A stretch of 62,979 nucleotides of DNA, filler included, from Octopus bimaculoides (GCF_001194135.2; 3 parts of 3 records of this genome joined end to end with filler, not necessarily neighbours in it); one strand, 5' to 3'; shown: positions 24,512 through 37,270, counted from the whole stretch's first letter. Numbers and translations are program-made. Notes: generated by a model not told the origin, from the letters alone.

Positions 24512-24586
24512 AGAACGTAGCAGCAAACAAAGTACCGCTAAGCATTTCGCCTGGTGTGCTAACGATTCTGCTAGCTCACCGCCTTA
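24512..24586 (-). mobile_element. SINE B head half, inverted against an older + copy (about 24330-24510)
   Basis: ACCGCTAAGCATTTCGCCTGGTGTGCTAACGATTCTGCTAGCTCACCGCCTT. Confidence 0.8.
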
Positions 24587-24588
24587 AT

Positions 24589-24672
24589 GAGAAGAAGAAG
24601 AAGAAGAAGAAGAAGAAGAAGAAGAAGAAGAAGAAGAAGAAGAAGAAGAAGAAGAAGAAGAAGAAGAAGAAG
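24589..24672. repeat. (GAA)n microsatellite
   Basis: Read directly from the sequence. Confidence 0.95.
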
Positions 24673-25170
24673 AGTATATTGAAAGACTTCTGACAAAAAT
24701 CATGCTTCCTCATGAAGCATGATTGTCCCAATCGACATAAATGTACCTGTCAAGACCTACCAAAAACTGAGCAAGTATAATGATCTTGAAACAGAAATGA
24801 GCAAAATGTGGAACCTGAAGACGAAAATAATACCTGTTGTAATAGGTTCCCGAGGAATGATAGCAAAAGGAGCTGATTGCTACCAAGCTCAGATACTAAG
24901 ACACCCCAAAATGGCAGATTTTTCAAAAGATTGTGCTCATGGGAACTGCCCATATCTTACGTAAAATACTGTCTATGTGATCTCAAATTTTAAAACAAAC
25001 TCATAATTTTCTTATGGTTTCTTAAACATTCTCTAGAACAATACGATGTACAAAACCAAAAATATGGCACCCTAGGCATAACACCAACTTGAACTTCTAA
25101 CTTGTTGTCTCTTGAGATCTCTGGGTGAGACTTAGAGCCAACTTGTACAATTACAAAGCAAAAGTCAAAC

Positions 25171-25173
<3 letters not shown>
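24673..25173 (+). mobile_element. R4/Dong-type LINE 3' end: restriction-like endonuclease C-terminus plus 3' UTR, ending in (TAA)n
   Basis: KSCFL..MIVPIDINVPVKTYQKLSKYNDLETEMSKMWNLKTKIIPVVIGSRGM..(frameshift)QKIVLMGTAHILRKILSM* with the stop at 24978-24980; (TAA)n at 25174-25200. Confidence 0.8.
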
Positions 25174-25200
<27 letters not shown>

Positions 25201-25201
<1 letters not shown>

Positions 25202-25410
25202 GGCTTCAAATTTTTCCACAAGGGCAGCAATTTTGGGGTAGGCAAGGAGTCGATTACATCGACCCCCAATGTTTAATTGGTACTTATTTTATCGACCCCG
25301 AAAGGATGAAAGACAATGTCGACACCAGCGGCATTTGAACACAGAACGTAAAGATGGACGAAATGTTGCTAAGTATTTTGTTCGGCGTGCTAATGACACT
25401 GCCAGCTCTG
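25201..25410 (-). mobile_element. SINE B copy whose (TTA)n tail is the 25174-25200 repeat
   Basis: GTCGATTACATCGACCCC..GAAAGGATGAAAG..GTGCTAATGACACTGCCAGCTC on +; the minus-strand tail TTTGAAGCCA runs into (TTA)n. Confidence 0.8.
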
Positions 25411-25544
25411 TCAATAAATAATAATAATATTTCTATAATAATATTTAATTTCTCTGTTTTCTCTCTGTCTTCCCCTTTTTTCTCTCTCTCTCTCTCTCTC
25501 TTTCTGCCCCCTTTTCTCTATTGCATGACTTTGTAAATGAACAA

Positions 25545-25990
25545 TCTCGTGTGTTTATTTTAATGTCCCACCAATGTATACAGTGAGTTTCTCTGCTCTT
25601 GGGGACGTAAACAAACCGACAGCGGTTATCAAGTGGTGGTGGGTGACAAATACAAACACTAAGACACATATATACGCACACGCATGTGTGTGCATGTATG
25701 TATACGACAGGCCAAGTTACGGGGATGTAAACGAACCGACAGCTGTCATCAAGAGGGGTAGGTGACAGACACACACACTAAGACACATACATACGCACAC
25801 GCATGTGTGTGCATGTACGTATACGACGGGCTTCCACACAATTTCCGTCAACCAAATTTATTTAGAAGACTTTAGTCAACTTCATGCTTTAGTTGGCCAT
25901 TTTTTCCATGTGACGAGCAGTGGGACTGAAGCCAAAACCACATGACTACAAAGCAAGCTTCTTAACCACATAGTCATGCTTGATCCTGCG
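25545..25990 (-). mobile_element. Old SINE A copy with an internal tandem duplication of about 120 bp
   Basis: GGGGA(C/T)GTAAAC.AACCGACAGC..ACTAAGACACATA..CGCATGTGTGTGCATGTA occurs at about 25601 and 25721. Confidence 0.75.
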
Positions 25991-26289
25991 TAGAAACTTT
26001 TCATACCATTGCTCAAATATGGTATTCTGAAGTAAGAGAGTTTTATCTTCGTTTTAACTATTTCACAATTTCTGCAGTTAATTTTTCTTTCACCTTACGA
26101 CTGTCGTCATTTCTGTCTCTATTTTGTGTTTATTGGCTTCCTTCAAGTCAGACAGCAGTTTGCTTTTGTTTTGTTCATGTTTTGTAACTATTTATGTTAG
26201 TTTTCCATTATTTTTTACTAAATATTTTTATATTCCTAGAATCAATATTTTATATTATAATTTTCTTGTTGCCAGCGGTGCTTAGCTTC

Positions 26290-26520
26290 CTGTATTCGTG
26301 ATAAATATAATCTTTCTATATCTGATTCTAGGTGGTGTATTCTAAATGCAGTCATTATTTTCTTGTTTTCTAAGTAATCTTGCTAGTTCATTTAGCGTCC
26401 AAATGAGAATATTATAACTGTAGTTTATTACAGGAACAACTAGTGTATTTATGCATATTGCCTTATTTTTAGTATTCAAGTCTGTTTCAGTAATTATACT
26501 AAAACAAAGAAAGTCGTCTC
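26290..26520 (-). mobile_element. R4/Dong-type LINE RT (thumb region) fragment
   Basis: ITETDLNTKNKAICINTLVVPVINYSYNILIWTLNELARL..(frameshift)MTAFRIHHLESDIERLYLSRIQE, typical of R4-clade RTs. Confidence 0.75.
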
Positions 26521-27878
26521 TTAACTGTTTGTGGAGTATGTAACTTTTACTAAATGAAAGCAAACAATTACCAAAGCCTAGAAAATTCGTACAAATGCCA
26601 ATTTTAATACTTTTTTTTCTCAAAATATGATTTTCCAGTTTCTTCTATAATTGAAGGGTTCAGCTTCATGATTCAGTCACGGGGGTAATGTCTATTCACT
26701 ACAACAAAGTTATCAAGTACTGCGAGGTAACGTTTTGGTAAGGTCCCAGTGTATACTTATTCTGGAAATGCAAAAGTTGGCTAAATATTTGCAACTTTCT
26801 ACCGATATATCAAGAAAAAGACTTTTCTCTAAGTTATAAGATTAATCCAGCGTCGAAAAGATTATGTTGACTTTAGCATGGGTGTTGTTGAAGAAATAGA
26901 AAGCTGAATGAGAGGAGTTTTGACTTACGTCAACTGGACCAAGTATAAACTTAGTATAATGTGACTATAATATTCTTTTCTAATATTTCATTCGTTTGTC
27001 TAGTTCACAATCTAGATCATTAATTTCAAGGTATTTATCATGTATGGTTGTTATAACTTCTTATTTCTGCTCTTTTATATAGTATGTTATTAATGTTTTT
27101 CATCAATATTCTTCTCTCCAAACATAAGTGCATGCAGCGATGCGTTACTTTCAACCAACAGATCACATATTACACCTGCCAACCACTCGAAATACAAAGA
27201 CTGCGAAGGCGCACACATCAGAGGATAGAAAGCATCAGCCATTACAGAAAGGCCTCCAACGCTCGAAGAGAATTTAGACAGAGACGGAAAGAACTATAGC
27301 AGATGAGCAACACGGAAGAAAGCCTAAGCTTTAGATTGTCTTCAAGGTTACCAGTTTACCATAGCGAATTTTCTTTATTCTAATCCCATAATAATTCATC
27401 TATCAAATCTGCGTGCTCTCGTTACCGACGTCTAAAATTATTTATCTTTTGCAATATGCAAACCTAGGCCGTCACTACCCAGAAGATTGTTGTCTTCCTA
27501 TTGCATTTGTATCCCGAGCCAGTCTTATTCAGCATGTTAGTTTAAAATGTTAGCGCCTGCTGAGAAAAAAAATTAGATTAGAGAGGCAAAGTTCGCTTAA
27601 AAGTATTTCTCTTCTAACGGAAATGAAGTTAAATTTCAAAAGAACCATTTTTTTTTTCTTTTTCACTCTTTACTTTTTATTCATAAAATGTTTAATTTAT
27701 TTAATTATTAGTGCTACCTTATTTATAGCGAATGCTTCTGAGATCTATGTTTGAGGAACACTATCAAATACTTTCGATTTGTATTAAATAATTACAGGTC
27801 CATAAAGATTGGTAAAGATCAACAATATAAGCTCTTCGAGAGGTTTTCTGTATTTTTACAAAATATTCCTTCAGTCTG

Positions 27879-28270
27879 TGTTAGTATTGCAATTGCCTTC
27901 TGGAAGGCCTGCCGAAAGGTTCCTGATGCGCATGCGCAGAAAACTAGCAGCAGCAGAATTCTCTTGTATCTCAGACTCGAGATGCAGCCGCTGAACTATG
28001 CAGACGTGTCCTCAGCAGCTCTCTGTTCGCCTCTGCTGCTGATCGGTGTTTGACCAGTTCGGTATTTGACCAGCACGGTATTTGACCAGCTCTGTGTAGC
28101 TGGAGTTCTGTTAAGAATGCCTTCACAAAGTATGATTAACTCCGACTTTGCTGTTTCCACACCAGGCCTGGCTACTGATTGTCCCAAGGTGTAAATTTTG
28201 TACGTACAAAATAAAAGGATTGTTTTTTATGTTCGGGTGTTTTCTTGTTCCGATACTTTTCCTTCTAACA
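27879..28270 (+). mobile_element. Solo-LTR-like unit (TGTTAG...CTAACA)
   Basis: 6-bp terminal inverted repeat; three 16-bp-period CGGT(A/G)TTTGACCAG repeats (28044-28089); AATAAA about 55 nt before the end. No TSD found. Confidence 0.5.
27927..27938. promoter_or_regulatory. Perfect NRF1/Ewg-type palindrome TGCGCATGCGCA
   Basis: Exact match to the YGCGCAYGCGCR consensus; function untested. Confidence 0.35.
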
Positions 28271-29130
28271 TTTATATAAGGGAACGTGTTGCACCCTTCC
28301 GGTGCCAACCAATTTACCTCCTACAAAGGCTTTTTCGACAGGTGTTTTTAAAAGAGGGTATATTATTTCAGCTTTGAAGGTTTGTTGATTTTTAAAGTCA
28401 TTGAGATTATGTTGTTTTACCTCCAGTATGCTAGTGAAGAAGGCCAACAACTGATGAAGGTTCTTTTATGTTACTTGTCTTGTTTTCCGTTTCTTTCTCT
28501 CGTTTTTTGGTTACCCGACGTTATTTTTGTATATCATGTTTGTTTACGTTTTTGTGAAGTACTGTACTGATATATGCATAGCTATATACATATATACGTA
28601 TGTATGTACATATGTGTGTCTATATATGCATATAGATATTATATATATATATATATATATATNNNNNNNNNNNNNNNNNNNNNNNNNNNNNNNNNNNNNN
28701 NNNNNNNNNNNNNNNNNNNNNNNNNNNNNNNNNNNNNNNNNNNNNNNNNNNNNNNNNNNNNNNNNNNNNNNNNNNNNNNNNNNNNNNNNNNNNNNNNNNN
28801 NNNNNNNNNNNNNNNNNNNNNNNNNNNNNNNNNNNNNNNNNNNNNNNNNNNNNNNNNNNNNNNNNNNNNNNNNNNNNNNNNNNNNNNNNNNNNNNNNNNN
28901 NNNNNNNNNNNNNNNNNNNNNNNNNNNNNNNNNNNNNNNNNNNNNNNNNNNNNNNNNNNNNNNNNNNNNNNNNNNNNNNNNNNNNNNNNNNNNNNNNNNN
29001 NNNNNNNNNNNNNNNNNNNNNNNNNNNNNNNNNNNNNNNNNNNNNNNNNNNNNNNNNNNNNNNNNNNNNNNNNNNNNNNNNNNNNNNNNNNNNNNNNNNN
29101 NNNNNNNNNNNNNNNNNNNNNNNNNNNNNN

Positions 29131-29180
<50 letters not shown>

Positions 29181-29406
29181 GTGTGCGTGTGTGGGGTAGA
29201 TATGTGTTATGTATGAGTATGTACATGCACATATATGATAGTATGTATATGTGTATGCACATATACATGTTTGTGTGAGTGTGTACTTATGTAGACGTTA
29301 TGAACGCAGGAGGTTTTATCTCTATGTATTGTGAGAATATGGTTGAGTGTATTTTTATCCTATTAGAGTAACTATCTCTTTTATTCAACGGTTTTCCATA
29401 GCGTCT

Positions 29407-29484
29407 GTTATCATTAATAGCCGACGAGAATGCATCGTAGCTCTTCGCTCCAGCATTCGAAACTCCGAGTAGTATAATGACAAC
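29407..29484 (+). ncRNA. Type I hammerhead ribozyme relic (probably Penelope-derived)
   Basis: Stem I 29407-29420/29472-29484; core CCGACGA (CUGANGA with U4>C); stem II GAATGC/GCATTC; GAAA; palindromic stem III ACTC-C-GAGT; GUA cleavage triplet. Confidence 0.55.
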
Positions 29485-29979
29485 TTACAGATTGTCCTAT
29501 ATTTTATATATATGTGTATATATTAGCTAAAAGTTTATTTTATTCTGGCACTAGTTCTAAATATATAAACGAATCACTTAATGGCACCACCAAAATATTC
29601 CATAGTACCTACAAGCGTGTATCCCGCATATGTTTCGCATTAACAAACTTAATGCAATGTCAAACTGACAACGGATACAGAAAAGAAGACTTTGAAAATA
29701 CAACTATATATATATACACAGGATAAATCACGTGTGGGTGGGTGTGTGGGCATATCTGTTTGTATCTAAGCTTGTGTGTGTACATGTTTGTGGATGTAGT
29801 GCTTGTGTGTTAATGTGTATATACGTATGTGTCTGAGGGCTTCTGTGTATATGTGTATATGAGCTTATGCATGCGTGTGAGTATTTGGGAGGGGAGTGTA
29901 TGTTTGCATGTGCATGTGTGTGTGTGTGCATCTGCATGGGTGCGACTGGTTATGTGTATCTGTATATGCATATATACAT

Positions 29980-30254
29980 TCTTTTATTCTTTTATTTGTT
30001 TCAGTCATTTGACTGCGTCCATGCTGGAGCACCACCTTTAGTGGAGCAAATCGATCCCAGAAATTATTCTTTGTAAGCCTAGTAATTATTATATCGGTCT
30101 CTTTTGCCAAACCGCTAGCTTACAGGGATGCAAACACACCAGCATCTGTAGTCAAGCGATGTTGCCGAGGACAAACACAGACACACAAACATACACACAA
30201 ACACATACACACACATACATAAATATATGTACTGTACATATATATATATATATA
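29980..30254 (-). mobile_element. SINE A tail half ending at a scaffold join
   Basis: TCTTTTATTCTTTTATTTGTTTCAGTCATTTGACTGCG..GGACAAACACAGACACAC. Confidence 0.85.
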
Positions 30255-30354
30255 NNNNNNNNNNNNNNNNNNNNNNNNNNNNNNNNNNNNNNNNNNNNTT
30301 AATTAATTAANNNNNNNNNNNNNNNNNNNNNNNNNNNNNNNNNNNNNNNNNNNN
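30255..30354. other. Assembly spacer 44N-TTAATTAATTAA-44N
   Basis: Exactly 100 bp; an identical construct lies at 53354-53453. Confidence 0.9.
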
Positions 30355-30411
<57 letters not shown>

Positions 30412-30653
30412 ACACACACGCACTCACATATATATATATATATAGATAGATACATAGATAGATAGATAAATACATACATACAGGCATACATGCATAGACT
30501 GATAGATAGAGTGATAGATAGACTGAAAGATACATAGACTAATGTCTATATATAGATGTATATCTCTTAAGAGTAGTCTAATGGAGTTCATAACAAGCAT
30601 TGTTATTCCTATGTCATCTCTTGTATGTGCCTACCTATGTATATACACATGAA

Positions 30654-30698
<45 letters not shown>

Positions 30699-30779
30699 AT
30701 GTGTGTGTGTGTGTGTGTCTGTCTGTCTGTGTATATATATTCATACATATATATATGTATATATGTACATATAAGTATA

Positions 30780-30841
<62 letters not shown>

Positions 30842-31937
30842 TGTACATTTCAGGTTAAATAAAGTACCAGTCAAATAAAGCAATGGAGTTGATGGTATTG
30901 ATAAGACCCCTTTTCCAAAATTGTGTCCTTTTGTCTGATTCAGAAACAGATCTGCTCAGTTAGGGCTCAGATTAGGCTAAACAACTACAACTTCGGAGTT
31001 ACTGATTATCAACAGAAAGAGTTTGCAGTTTGGAAAATAATTATTCAAGCAATCAAATTATCTCACTGTTAACACAAGGCCAGCAATTTTGAGGGGCGGG
31101 AAAATCAATGATATTGACCGTCGCCCTCTCTCTTTCTTTCTCTCTCTCTCTTTCTATCCCCCCCCACCACACACACATATTGCTTGTATTTGACTGGTGC
31201 TTCATTTTATGAAGCCTGAAAAGATGGCTAACAAAGACTTTTAAAAAATTTGAATGCAGAACATAATGAGTCAGTAGAAATGCCAGTAAACACTTTATCT
31301 GAAGTATTATTCTGCCAGCTGACCACTTTAACAATAAATTCTTTCTATTATAGACACAAGTCCTGAAATTCAAATGTATTCGCGAGTGGAAGGTCCCTCT
31401 GTTGTTGTCACAATACCTCTCTACGAGGTCGAAACTCTGAGAGAAAAACTGCGACACTGACAATATTCGATGATGTAGACTAGTCCTTCTTTTCGAGTTT
31501 ATGCTGTCCATGTTCTGAGAGTGAGATTGAATTTGTGCAAATCCTTTCCCCACTATAAGTAATTACCAAGCACAGATATCGCTTAAAAAAGAAAGTGAGA
31601 CGTATCACAAAAATGGCGGGTCGTAGCCTTTGCATGTGTGGGACTTTCGATCAGACGATGGCAATACTCGAACACGACTTTGCAGCCATCATATGTATAT
31701 GTATATATGTATATATATATATATANNNNNNNNNNNNNNNNNNNNNNNNNNNNNNNNNNNNNNNNNNNNNNNNNNNNNNNNNNNNNNNNNNNNNNNNNNN
31801 NNNNNNNNNNNNNNNNNNNNNNNNNNNNNNNNNNNNNNNNNNNNNATGCCTATGTATGTATATATATATATATATATATACATCCTTTTGTTGTTTACAC
31901 CACCTGTCCTCGTCTGTTGTTTTTTTCGTAAATTATT

Positions 31938-31981
<44 letters not shown>

Positions 31982-33896
31982 GCACACGCAAACATACACA
32001 CACAAATATATACATACATACCTATATATATGTGTGTGTGTGAGTGTGTGTGTGTTTGAGTTTGATGTGTGTGCGCGCGTGTATAATTTCATGTATTTGT
32101 TTTGCATGATTTCTAATGTAAAATCGTATGTTGAAACAGAAGTGACATTTCGGGACGGTCATTTATTTTTGCCAAATAAATACACGCACTCTATATTCAT
32201 TCTTCACTTCGAATTTATTATTGTTCTTATTTTATATCTTTTGTAAGGAAATCTTTCATCACATAGCGTGTGACCACTTCAGCGACTCTCCATCCTATGT
32301 CTATCCTCCTATTCTGTTTAGTGTTTTCTCAGATGATTGAAATAATCCTCAAAACACAATCAACTATTCACAGCATTTGTTAATTTAAATCAAGAATTGG
32401 TGGTAATAACAAGAATTATTCTCCCACATCTTTATTGAGTTAAATAATCTGTTACTGTAAATTGATACTTACTACATTACACCGTCATCCTCAGATGTAA
32501 CTTCTATTATTTTATCCTCTATTGAGTCCAGAGAAAGAGAAAAATGTTGACCATTTAATAGCTCCATGGATACTAAAGCCCATGATATTTCCAAGAACGT
32601 CTAAGTTTCGTGGGCGAATGAAATAACTTATACTCTAATTGAATATCCTAACTGACAGATTTCGACAGAATATTCTGCAAAATATAATAAATTTCTTTCC
32701 AGGTACTGTTTTGAAAACCAAACGATAAACGCGCAGTTTATATAAATTGCCAGAATTGCAACTTATTGTACAGATGTACATTGTATAAAATATGTAGATG
32801 GCCTAAGGAATTACGTAAATTCCCATTATACGCATGTAGTTATAATATGTGTCTATCTGACGGAGCAGAACTGGAATCAAACGCCATGCCCACCCGATTA
32901 ATATCACAATTAAACAAAAAGCTACATAAACAAATACGCCTCTCACCTCACAAATAGAAAGTGTTATACAGTGGGCAATTCCTTTCTATTTCTACCTTTT
33001 TAAGCAACCCTGTTGAAGCTTCCATGTTTATTTTATAAGCCTGAGTGTACTATCTTGTACCAGTGTACCATATTTCATCTTCTTGTAGGCATTGGTTGAA
33101 ATATGAACAGCAGTCTCTGGTTAGATTATTTAAATGAAGAAAATGTAACGATGACATTCAGGGATGTATTAATGGTCATAATGCTCTTAAAATCTTAATG
33201 AGCATCTCATAATGACGCCTTCTGGTATATGTGTTAGTCTTTAATTATAGTCTATTAACACATATAACGATCCAAACGAGGCTTTGGGCCTGTAATCAAT
33301 CTTCTATCAGGTCATTTCTGAGTACCACTTCTAAAAGAAGATTGGATGGACGAGCGGGGATGTCTTGAATAGAGATCTTTAAATAACAAATAACCCGCGA
33401 TTACCAATTAGAAATCTTCACTTGTGGTTTGCAGTGAATCTCCGAGTACTGTTTGAGAGATTTCCAGTTTGTTTAATATATTATATATTAATATGTGTAC
33501 ATATGTGCATATGAGAATAATAGCCTTAAATTGGAATTTTTAGGTTGAGGCCACAAGTGGAAAAACATGCACTAAATTTCCATTTCATAAATCAACAAAC
33601 GTTATTTCTAATGAAGTAAATCTCGGAAACAAATCTGATAAAAGTTTTGTAAGATCCATATACAAGATCTCTAGATTTTATCAGCGGGGTCTCTTTGGTC
33701 ATCTTCTTCAACTGGAGTGGGCGTTAAGCGAATGACTAACAAAAATTATCAATCTATCATTTTGTTCTTTTTCAGATTCGAATCTGTTGGAATCAGGATC
33801 TGTTATCATCTTACATCATTACTCATTCGTTTCAATTTAGTTTCTCTTCCATAATTCGGTTCTGCGCAAGTATATATACACACACATACATACATG

Positions 33897-33930
<34 letters not shown>

Positions 33931-34263
33931 TATATATATGCAGATATATATATATATATATATANNNNNNNNNNNNNNNNNNNNNNNNNNNNNNNNNNNN
34001 NNNNNNNNNNNNNNNNNNNNNNNNNNNNNNNNNNNNNNNNNNNNNNNNNNNNNNNNNNNNNNNNNNNNNNNNNNNNNNNNNNNNNNNNNNNNNNNNNNNN
34101 NNNNNNNNNNNNNNNNNNNNNNNNNNNNNNNNNNNNNNNNNNNNNNNNNNNNNNNNNNNNNNNNNNNNNNNNNNNNNNNNNNNNNNNNNNNNNNNNNNNN
34201 NNNNNNNNNNNNNNNNNNNNNNNNNNNNNNNNNNNNNNNNNNNNNNNNNNNNNNNNNNNNNNN

Positions 34264-34392
34264 ATTTTCCGTCAACGAAATTCACTCACAAGGCGTTGGT
34301 CGGTGCGAGGTTATAGTAGAAGACACTTGCCCAATGTGACATGCATTGGCAGTGAACTCGGAACGAAGTGGTTCGAAAGCAAGCTTCTTACG
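34264..34392 (-). mobile_element. SINE A head half after a gap
   Basis: CACTCACAAGGCGTTGGTCGG..TATAGTAGAAGACACTTGCCCAA. Confidence 0.8.
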
Positions 34393-34432
34393 TATATGTA
34401 TATATTTGTGTGTGCATGTGTGTGTGTGTGTG

Positions 34433-34506
34433 TGTCTGGCTGTCTAGCTGTCTGGCTATCTAGCTGTCTGGCTGTCTAGCTGTCTGGCTGTCTAGCTGTC
34501 TGGCTG
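34433..34506. repeat. 16-bp minisatellite (CTGGCTGTCTAGCTGT)n
   Basis: Read directly from the sequence. Confidence 0.85.
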
Positions 34507-36119
34507 TATGGCTCTATGCGAAATCATAGCTATATTTAGAGTTTAAAACCCTGAATGAGAACTTGATTATTTAGAATGGTTATAGAATCGCTATGACGGG
34601 GAGCCCTTAAAGCCCTTAGCACGCCGGACCAAATACTTAGAGGCATTTCCTCCGACTTCTGGCTTCACCTACTGTGTTCAAGTCCCACTGCATTTGGCTT
34701 TGCTTGTCATCCCTCCGAGTTCGATATATGAGTCACGGTCGAGCACTAGAGCCGATGTAAATAACCTATTCCTTCCTTTAAAACTTTAGGCCTTGTGCCT
34801 TAAGCAGAAACGATTATCTAGAGTAGTTCATCGCAGAATCCACGTGACTGGATGGTTTTCATCTGTTGTCTCTCAAACATCATTTGTATAATGCAGGCGA
34901 TTATATCAAATTAGTTTTGCCTTTGATATCTGCCAATTTATTAATGTGCAGTGTACAATACTCGAATATATATTCACGAAACATAAACATGAGCTTCTGA
35001 TCCGAGATACTTATCACGACCACCATTTACAACTTCATATAATGGATTATATAAGAATTATGTAAAATAAACGTTCCGCGTACAATCTCTATTTTACGTG
35101 TATAATTAAGTTAGGAAATATATAATTCGATTCTATTAATGACTCTCGGTGTCTAAAGGGCGGTTTCGATATTATTCTGAAATATTAGCTGTTGGAATGG
35201 CAAATCATTTTATTCGTGCAAAATGCAGCTGATATCAAGTCTGTAATACAATTTTCAATTGAAATAAATTGTATTTATGCAACACTTCGCATGAAATACT
35301 GCCGAGAGAAATTATATTTATTGTTTCCTAGAGTATGCATATAATATGCTATAACTAACATCTTACAGAACAGTAAGGCGATTACACTACATTAATTTTC
35401 ACTCTAGTCACCCAGCAATGCACGCGGCCAGTACAAAGTTCTTTCTGCAAAAAGATTAAATGAAACCAATTAGCCTATGATTAATATGGAGTAGATGAAT
35501 GTGCGTTTTAGATTTTTACTGGAGGCATGAGCACATTACAACAAGAGAAAAATACTTTGTATGATCCTATTCACTGAATAATTAATATTATTTAACTTTC
35601 AAAATGAAATCAAACATTTGGTTAGATCGTGTTAGAAACTTGTAGATGATTTGTTTCAAAAATTGAAAAAAAAATATTTGTTTTAACGTTAATTCTATTC
35701 ATAACGTATTGGAGCAGCGCCGTATTTGTTTCACAATGTAATTCCATTGAACGATGAGAATAATTATCACTTAAATGTCTCTCTTTACCATCAACTTACT
35801 CATACATTTGAAACATGGTAATTTCATAGTTTTAAAATATATAACACAAACGGTAATTAAAATATCTTCGGCTGATTTATTTTCCAGCCATGATATTAAT
35901 ACTGCGCAAATTCTCGATTAAACCATATTTTCCGTATTTAGTTTCAAACATACCTATTTAGAAGAAAGATTAATGGATTTTCGATTAAATAATAGCCATT
36001 AAATAACGCAAACGTTGGAAGATCAGTAGTATCAAGTTCGAAATTATAATACCAAAGAAGATAGATAGACTAAGCAATTCATTACATGACAATAATACGT
36101 TTCCACGCGCACACACACA

Positions 36120-36157
<38 letters not shown>

Positions 36158-36170
36158 CACACACACACAC

Positions 36171-36218
<48 letters not shown>

Positions 36219-36265
36219 TTATGTGTGTATGTATATTTATATATATATTTTATGCATATATATGC

Positions 36266-36305
<40 letters not shown>

Positions 36306-36559
36306 GCATATATGCATATGTGGGTTTGGTGCATTTTGATCATTGTATACCAAGGAAATATATCATTACAAAGCGCTAATTTATTACGTACTATAGAGAG
36401 CGCAATAAACTTTGCATATTTTGATGAGCGTATTTTCTTAAACCTCGAAAGATAAACAGTTTACTAATGTATATAGTTTACTACGGTGGAATGTATCCAA
36501 GACTGCAAATAACACTCAATCACTTATGTAATTTACTTTACAGAAATTATCCTAATTAG

Positions 36560-37110
36560 ATGGATTTTTTCGGAAGGTTTAATTGATACAAAAATCTGTT
36601 TGCATTGGGCAACATATTGGCGGAGGTATGGGAAATAAAGGCAACAGGTTGCTTAGATGGTATTGGTTGCTTAGTGATTTTAGAAAAACAGGTAAGTTAT
36701 TGAATGGTGATAAGACGACACGTGTGAATTATTGAGATTTGTCAGGAGGGTGTTTTTCTTACAAACTGAGTGAGAAAGTCATAGCACATCTATCCGAAAA
36801 TGATGTCAATTCTCGAAAGAAAGAAACACCTTGGTTCTTGGTTCTTGCTTCACATACAACCAAGAAAAGTTTTTTGATGCGAACATATATAAAAGCTTCC
36901 TATGAACTCTATGTTGATTTCTTGAATGCTTTTGGTGAAGTAAAATGTCGAGACCTGTGGTATAGATTACAAATGATTGGATAGGCTTAAAAGGGCACGC
37001 GAACAATAACAACAGTTGAGGTAGCAGACAAAATCTCTAAATCAATTGATGTTACTGTAGGTGTGAGGCAGTGTTGTGTGCTAGTACCACCGTTCTTCAC
37101 ATTTTATATC
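36560..37110 (+). mobile_element. Decayed RTE-type LINE reverse transcriptase fragment
   Basis: NGDKTTRVNY*DLS (like KGD..CNNYRGIS), YVDFLNAFGEVKCRDLWYRLQMIG (like VDLEKAFDSV..LW), and VEVADKISKSIDVTVGVRQCCVLVPPFFTFYI (like GVRQGCVLSPLLF). Confidence 0.75.
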
Positions 37111-37257
37111 ATTTTCAGGATCACTCATGCTTCACGCTAAACATTTCCCCAAATACAGTACTGATTCTGCGAGCACATCAACTTAATTGGAGCAATGTTA
37201 CCATGCGGAGAGTTCAGTCGGATGTATAAGTAATAACCACGGTCCACGTTACAACAG

Positions 37258-37270
37258 TGGCGTCGAGGAT
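37258..37270 (+). other. Primer-binding site of the Gypsy element, tRNA-Ser(GCT)-like
   Basis: TGGCGTCGAGGAT directly after an LTR-like end (..ACAACA, 37256); one mismatch to the complement of the ATCCTCGTCGCCA tRNA end. Confidence 0.6.

Noticed and set aside
30299-30310. TTAATTAATTAA between N runs (also 53398-53409)
   Set aside because: Artificial six-frame-stop scaffold spacer, not biology; continuity of any gene across it is uncertain.
31053-31553. 166-aa minus ORF, and a + acceptor at about 31366
   Set aside because: No recognisable domain, runs into a GA microsatellite, and there is no good donor; a faint PLE RT resemblance is too weak.
36690-36698. Perfect CAG|GTAAGT donor
   Set aside because: Lies inside the decayed LINE RT frame and has no matching acceptor.
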